A DNA stretch of 10,956 bases from the UHGV virus genome UHGV-0334393; one strand, written 5' to 3'. Below the pieces are notes generated by a model. That model searched no databases, was not told the origin of the DNA, and worked only from the letters and a program-made list of their open reading frames with translations. This document shows, one piece after another, positions 7,197 through 10,956 of the stretch (the stretch's first letter is position 1; each line of letters opens with the position of its first letter). The position numbers were made by a program, and so were the translations under genes. Source of the DNA: a virus.

Positions 7197-7403
7197 ATGG
7201 CAGAAGAGAAAAAAGGTGGTGTTTCGGTGTACATAAGCCCCGAAATCGTGGAGGTGCTCAAGCAGCGCCACAAAAAAAACTATGAGGCTGGCGTAGCGGC
7301 TGGACTGGATCCGCTGATGACGCCGGAGCCGTCGATAGGTTCACTTGTGCGCTCTTATTTACTTGCGGCGCTTGGGATGCATAAAAATTATGGGGGTGAA
7401 TAA
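7197..7403 (+). CDS. Hypothetical protein (68 aa), first gene of the capsid operon
   Basis: AGAGGA Shine-Dalgarno; stop overlaps the downstream start (TAATG). No recognisable homology. Confidence 0.6.
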   Translation: MAEEKKGGVSVYISPEIVEVLKQRHKKNYEAGVAAGLDPLMTPEPSIGSLVRSYLLAALGMHKNYGGE

Positions 7404-8458
7404 TGACAGGCAAAGCAACGGCACTTAACACTAACCAGCTTTTCATGTACCTGAATCGCGGGGATATTGCGGATTTTAAATTCAGCCCTCTGTTTACCAC
7501 GCTGTTTTTCCCGAACGTGGCGACATTCAGCACGCAAAACATCATGCTGGATACCCTGGACATTGAAGAAGTCACCATGTCGGCGTTTTGTTCGCCTATG
7601 GTTGGCAGCCAGGTACAGCGCGATAAAGGGTACGAAACCAGCACAATTAAACCTGGCTACATGAAGCCAAAGCACGAAATCGATCCAACGAAAACCATCA
7701 TGCGCATGGCTGGAGAAGATCCGGCACAGCTTAACGACCCTACCTACCGACGTATGCGCCTTATTACTGGCAACATGCGCCGCCAGATAAACGCCATTAA
7801 AGCGCGCGTGGAATGGCTGGCGGTGAATGCGATAACGACCGGAAAAAACATCATTGAGGGCGAAGGCATAGAACGCTATGAAATCGACTGGAAAATACCG
7901 GAAAACTGCATCATAGAGCAGGCCAAGGGTAAAAAATGGTCCGAGCATGATAAAGATATTTACGATCCAATCTATGACATCGAACTATACGCAGATCAGG
8001 CAGGTTGCCCCGCCAACGTCATGATTATGGGCGCTGAGGTATGGCGCACGTTACGCAGCTTTAAAAAATTCCGCGAACTGTACGATCTTTCCCGTGGTTC
8101 AGAATCCGCCGCAGAACTGGCCTGTAAAAACCTGGGTGAAGTAGTGAGCTTTAAAGGCTATCTGGGCGATATTGCCCTTATCGTCTATTCCGGCAAATAC
8201 ACTGACAGCGACGGTACCGAAAAATATTTCCTTGAGCCTGATTTGCTGGTCCTGGGTAACACCAACAACAAAGGGCTGGTGGCCTATGGTGCGATTATGG
8301 ATCAGGAAGCTGTAAGAACAGGCGCAACGCAAAACATGTACTACCCGAAAAACTGGATTGAGGACGGCGATCCGGCGATTGAGTACGTGCAGACGCACAG
8401 CGCACCGCAGCCGGTACCGGCAGACATTCGCAAATTTGTTACCGTCAAAATTGGTTAA
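7403..8458 (+). CDS. Major capsid protein, lambda gpE family
   Basis: 351 aa, collinear with lambda gpE (341 aa) from memory: FKFSPLFTTLFFPN vs FKFDPLFLRLFFRE; PGYMKPKHEIDP vs PGYVKPKHEVNP; YPKNWIEDGDPAIEYVQTHSAP vs YPKNWVTTGDPAREFTMIQSAP. Good Shine-Dalgarno (GGGGGTGA). Confidence 0.9.
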   Translation: MTGKATALNTNQLFMYLNRGDIADFKFSPLFTTLFFPNVATFSTQNIMLDTLDIEEVTMSAFCSPMVGSQVQRDKGYETSTIKPGYMKPKHEIDPTKTIMRMAGEDPAQLNDPTYRRMRLITGNMRRQINAIKARVEWLAVNAITTGKNIIEGEGIERYEIDWKIPENCIIEQAKGKKWSEHDKDIYDPIYDIELYADQAGCPANVMIMGAEVWRTLRSFKKFRELYDLSRGSESAAELACKNLGEVVSFKGYLGDIALIVYSGKYTDSDGTEKYFLEPDLLVLGNTNNKGLVAYGAIMDQEAVRTGATQNMYYPKNWIEDGDPAIEYVQTHSAPQPVPADIRKFVTVKIG

Positions 8459-8469
8459 CTGGGGATTCT

Positions 8470-8805
8470 ATGAACACTCCATACATTGAGTTATTTGCAG
8501 GCAGTCAGCAGGTATCAACGACGCTGGTACATTTTGCCGCTGATGCTGGCTTTATTCAGGAATTTACCCCGCTGATGCTGTCAGACAATGGCGAGTTTAA
8601 GCCGTGGGATGGTCAGGAATCTGGCAAGGCTGTTTATCTGACTTCGTACCCCGTGGACACGTCGACGCAGAAATCAGCACAGTGTTACAAGACGGGGATA
8701 TTTAATATCGCCGCCGTAAACTGGCCTGAGAGCGCCGACACTGACGCGAAAAAATGCGCCGCCTTTGCGGGTTCTGGCGTATCCGTTCAGCCGCTGGCGC
8801 GATAA
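8470..8805 (+). CDS. Head decoration protein, lambda gpD family
   Basis: 111 aa versus lambda gpD at 110 aa. Shared motifs TPLMLSDNGEFKPWDG vs TPLMLDTSSRKLVAWDG and KKCAAFAGSGVSVQ vs KKRTAFAGTAISIV. Immediately downstream of the gpE-like gene. Confidence 0.85.
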   Translation: MNTPYIELFAGSQQVSTTLVHFAADAGFIQEFTPLMLSDNGEFKPWDGQESGKAVYLTSYPVDTSTQKSAQCYKTGIFNIAAVNWPESADTDAKKCAAFAGSGVSVQPLAR

Positions 8806-8817
8806 GCAGGGGAAACG

Positions 8818-9231
8818 ATGGCAACGAATGAAAGCATCATGGCGCTACCGCTGGCGAGTAAATTTAAAGCAGAAGCGCGGGCAATGGCTGACAGAGGTTT
8901 ATCAACCTACGAGGCCGTATATCAACTCAACAAACTGGAAGAGCAGGACAAGCCGCGCGCTGATGCGATTATGGCGCTTCATGAACATAACGACTATCAG
9001 CCGCTGTTACGTGCAATGGCAAACGTGCCATGTATTAGCGTCGATAATGCTCGTGAAATCCTGAACATGACCATAGAGCAGGAGCGCCCAAAGGTTGCGC
9101 CGGAGCTTACCGCAGCCTTTGAAAACTTTATGGACATGCACAGCCCGAAAGCCGTATCACCCGGCATGGCATACGACGGCAGAAACCAGGGCGATGAAGG
9201 CGACGTCGATCGCATACTGAAAACCATCTGA
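8818..9231 (+). CDS. Hypothetical protein (137 aa), last gene of the capsid operon
   Basis: AGGGGAA Shine-Dalgarno; followed directly by a terminator. No convincing similarity to lambda FI, W or Nu3 by eye. Confidence 0.7.
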   Translation: MATNESIMALPLASKFKAEARAMADRGLSTYEAVYQLNKLEEQDKPRADAIMALHEHNDYQPLLRAMANVPCISVDNAREILNMTIEQERPKVAPELTAAFENFMDMHSPKAVSPGMAYDGRNQGDEGDVDRILKTI

Positions 9232-9237
9232 CATAAG

Positions 9238-9260
9238 GCCGGAGAAATCCGGCTTTTTTT
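9238..9260 (+). terminator. Rho-independent terminator (stem GCCGGA / TCCGGC, loop GAAA, T7); near-identical copy of the hairpin at 6968..6989
   Basis: Hairpin plus T7 run 7 nt after the stop of the 137-aa ORF. Confidence 0.75.
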
Positions 9261-9330
9261 ACGGGTCCTTTCCGGCATATGGACCCGTTACGGGGCGGCG
9301 ACCTCGCGCGTTTTCGCTATTTATGAGCCT
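9261..9330 (+). other. cos site 1 (plus orientation): lambda-like cosQ (9261..9292), cosN 12-nt cohesive-end sequence GGGCGGCGACCT (9293..9304), and the start of cosB (CGCGCGTTTTCGCTATTTATGA), diverging after about 9328
   Basis: ACGGGTCCTTTCCGG...GTTACG|GGGCGGCGACCT|CGCG.GTTTTCGCTATTTATGA matches the lambda right-end/left-end junction as recalled. Downstream sequence up to the terS start differs from lambda cosB. Confidence 0.8.
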
Positions 9331-9437
9331 TTTCAGGGGGGTGGTGGTGGTTTTGTTGTTTGCTCTATCTTTATGAATGAAAAGGGAAAGATGCAAACAA
9401 TACACCAACCTGAAGCAGTAATTAAGTTGGTGTATTA

Positions 9438-9980
9438 ATGAAATCGCACCTGATGAACAAAAAAAACATGGCGAAAAGCTGCCGTGTAAGTGCGACAGCG
9501 TTCGACAAGTGGGGAGTGACTCCCGTTGAACGTAAAGGCCGTGAGGCGTTTTATGATGTTGCCAGCGTGATAGACAATAGGGTTAACAATGCAATTAGCC
9601 AGCTTACAAACGACAAAGGCGATATTGATGATGATGAACTCTTACGAGTCAGGATCAGATTACTGACAGCACAGGCGGAGGCGCAGGAACTTAAAAACGA
9701 GCGCGATCGCGGTGACGTGATTGATACTGAGTTTTGCCTGTACGCGCTTTCAAAGCTGGCGAGTCAGATTTCATCAATCATGGACAGCCTCCCGCTTACT
9801 ATGCAAAGGAGCTTCCCACAGATTACCCCCGCCATGCTGGACAGGCTTAAAAGGGAAGTGGTTAAAGCCTGTAATGCCAGTGCCAGAGTTGCCGACAACC
9901 TCCCACAGATACTGGCTGATTACTTGAAAGAAACAACCGGAAACGTACCGGAAAAGTTGCTACAGAAGAAAGGCAAGTAA
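9438..9980 (+). CDS. Terminase small subunit, lambda Nu1 family (island-encoded TerS)
   Basis: 180 aa versus Nu1 at 181 aa. Strong central similarity: LLTAQAEAQELKNERDRGDVIDTEFCLYALSKLASQISSIMDSLPLTMQRSFPQI vs Nu1 LTRAQADAQELKNARDSAEVVETAFCTFVLSRIAGEIASILDGLPLSVQRRFPEL. The N-terminal HTH region is also alignable (NKK..., YD.A.VI). Lies directly downstream of cos 1, as in lambda. Confidence 0.85.
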   Translation: MKSHLMNKKNMAKSCRVSATAFDKWGVTPVERKGREAFYDVASVIDNRVNNAISQLTNDKGDIDDDELLRVRIRLLTAQAEAQELKNERDRGDVIDTEFCLYALSKLASQISSIMDSLPLTMQRSFPQITPAMLDRLKREVVKACNASARVADNLPQILADYLKETTGNVPEKLLQKKGK

Positions 9981-10006
9981 CAGAAGCGCAATTATTGAAC
10001 AAAAAT

Positions 10007-10202
10007 GAGAAAGGATCTGATAATGGCATTTTCTGGCTAAAATGCCTCGTGTCAGATCCTTTCTTTTTTTAATATTTTCATTGTTAAACAGTCTGTTACA
10101 GAGAAGAAGAACGGATCTGACTTTTGCCGGAAAATTTTCATAAACAGATAAAAACCGCGAGGTCGCCGCCCCGTAACGGGCCATAATTCCAGGAAGGACC
10201 CG
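10007..10202 (-). other. cos site 2 (minus orientation): cosQ-like (10172..10202), cosN (complement of 10160..10171), and a canonical lambdoid cosB with three R-site-like repeats (AGAAAGGATCTGA 10008..10020, TCAGATCCTTTCT 10052..10064, AGAACGGATCTGA 10108..10120) and an AT-rich IHF-like segment
   Basis: The reverse complement reads GGGCGGCGACCTCGCGGTTTTTATCTGTTTATGAAAATTTTCCGG...CCGTTCTTCTTC..., near-collinear with the recalled lambda left end through cosB. The middle repeat is inverted relative to the outer two. Confidence 0.8.
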
Positions 10203-10235
10203 ACGACACCAGACTATCAGAACGATGGGGGCACA

Positions 10236-10517
10236 ATGACAGAAGCCGAAATACTGGGATTAATCCGCCGCGTTGCCGGAATCAGCCAGCAGGTTGACGA
10301 ACAGGCCACGCAGCCGGACAGCGTGACCGCTGAAAATTATGCGCGTGTTGTTGCGGAGGTGATGCGCCGTGATGGTATAGAACTTAATGGCGTGGATATG
10401 CGCAACATACGAACCAGAGTTCTTGAGTTGCTGGCCTACCGTCGCCGTGTGGAGATGTATCGGGAGAAGGAGAAAATAACGTACCACTGGAAGAAGCCGG
10501 AGCGGTTGCGGCGGTAA
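10236..10517 (+). CDS. Hypothetical protein (93 aa)
   Basis: GGGGG-type Shine-Dalgarno 6 nt upstream of the ATG; plausible amino-acid composition; no recognisable homology. Confidence 0.5.
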   Translation: MTEAEILGLIRRVAGISQQVDEQATQPDSVTAENYARVVAEVMRRDGIELNGVDMRNIRTRVLELLAYRRRVEMYREKEKITYHWKKPERLRR

Positions 10518-10719
10518 CTGGTTGATATTCCCGACGGACCAAAAATGGGTGGCTACATCCCTCGCTTCTGAGGACTGTTAACAAGCTGCCTGAAAGACAG
10601 TCACAAACTACGAAATTTTCGCAGTTTAATTAATGATCAGCTTAATCGCTAACCCGCTGATATTTTCGGAAACCTCAATTTGAGGAAGTCGGCGCGGTAA
10701 CTCGCTGAACTTTAAGCAA

Positions 10720-10768
10720 AGCGCAAAATTGCGCTTGCTGAATAATCATTATGATTACGCAGATGATT
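10720..10768 (+). promoter_or_regulatory. P1-like regulatory region: inverted repeat AGCGCAA-AA-TTGCGCT (10720..10735), inverted repeat TAATCAT-T-ATGATTA (10743..10757), and a further ATGATTA (10762..10768)
   Basis: Shares the GCGCAAAAT(T)GC and ATGATTA/TAATCAT motifs with P1 at 7113..7145. Sits just upstream of a Shine-Dalgarno (AAGGA) and an ATG at 10774. Confidence 0.4.
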
Positions 10769-10810
10769 AAGGAATGACCGAAGGCGGAAATTCGCCTGTG
10801 GTTAATGGGG

Positions 10811-10923
10811 GAGTTGCAGATCTGCAACTCGACCATGAAATTACGGAAACTACCCGTAGTTTGGGTAGTAAGAGCAACACCCAGATTTTGGGGCTTACTC
10901 GTGATACCCAAATTTGGGGTATC
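10811..10923. repeat. Palindrome cluster: perfect 20-bp palindrome GAGTTGCAGATCTGCAACTC (10811..10830) followed by three related dyads of the form ACCC-N6/7-GGGT (10849..10870, 10878..10897, 10903..10923) spaced about 27 bp apart
   Basis: Symmetry checked by manual reverse-complementing. These overlap the tracked ORFs 10774..10956 (+) and 10675..10935 (-), whose coding status is therefore doubtful. Confidence 0.5.
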
Positions 10924-10956
10924 GGCGGCAACCATAACGACTTTCGTTACGGTTGA

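Noticed and set aside
7060-7200. LexA (SOS) box in the capsid-operon promoter, by analogy with SaPI packaging operons
   Set aside because: No CTGT-N8-ACAG-type motif is present. The palindromes found there (TCATGATTATAATCATGA, TTGCGCAA) do not match the LexA consensus.
7388-7948. 186-aa minus-strand ORF
   Set aside because: It is antisense to the gpE-like capsid gene, which has clear homology, and has no Shine-Dalgarno or homology of its own.
8765-9064. 99-aa plus-strand ORF overlapping 8818..9231 in another frame
   Set aside because: It is a frame-shifted overlap of the better-supported 137-aa ORF (good Shine-Dalgarno, terminator after its stop), and its translation is Arg/Trp-rich.
9960-10184. 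74-aa minus-strand ORF
   Set aside because: It reads straight through the cosB R-sites and cosN of the inverted cos. The sequence is explained by cos homology, not coding.
10650-10657. Isolated TAACCCGC iteron-like 8-mer far from the origin
   Set aside because: A single copy of an 8-mer is within chance expectation for an 11-kb window read on both strands.
10774-10956. 60-aa open-ended plus-strand ORF, and the 10675..10935 minus-strand ORF
   Set aside because: Both span the perfect 20-bp palindrome and the three tandem dyads. The Shine-Dalgarno abuts the ATG with no spacing. Kept as a structural or regulatory finding rather than a CDS call; more sequence is needed.

Overview
This window reads as most of a phage satellite (PICI-like chromosomal island) inserted next to the 5' end of a cold-shock gene (cspD-like, minus strand, 1..77). 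All homology calls below are by eye against protein and DNA sequences recalled from memory; nothing was searched or computed. Left to right on the + strand: a tyrosine integrase (482..1720); an AlpA-family regulator (about 2130..2339); a convergent minus-strand unit with a ribbon-helix-helix-like protein (2681..2878) and its own terminator; a divergent promoter region carrying repeated TGTGCGCACA palindromes; three small overlapping ORFs of unknown function (3077..3799) translationally coupled to a 710-aa primase/helicase-type replication protein (3796..5928); an iteron origin (5951..6290, TAACCCGCA repeats in both orientations plus a (TA)n tract); a small ORF and an SSB ending in DDIPF (6549..6959); two terminators; then a second operon encoding a 68-aa protein, a full-length lambda gpE-like major capsid protein (7403..8458), a gpD-like decoration protein (8470..8805) and a 137-aa unknown; a terminator; a lambda-like cosQ-cosN with a diverged cosB; a Nu1-like small terminase (9438..9980); and, tail-to-tail with it, a second, inverted and more canonical lambdoid cos with three R-site-like repeats (10007..10202). 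No portal, protease, scaffold, large terminase, tail, rRNA, tRNA or CRISPR is present. The most interesting content is the satellite-borne capsid and decoration homologues, and the Nu1-like gene bracketed by two inverted cos sites. The right end of the island is not visible in the window.
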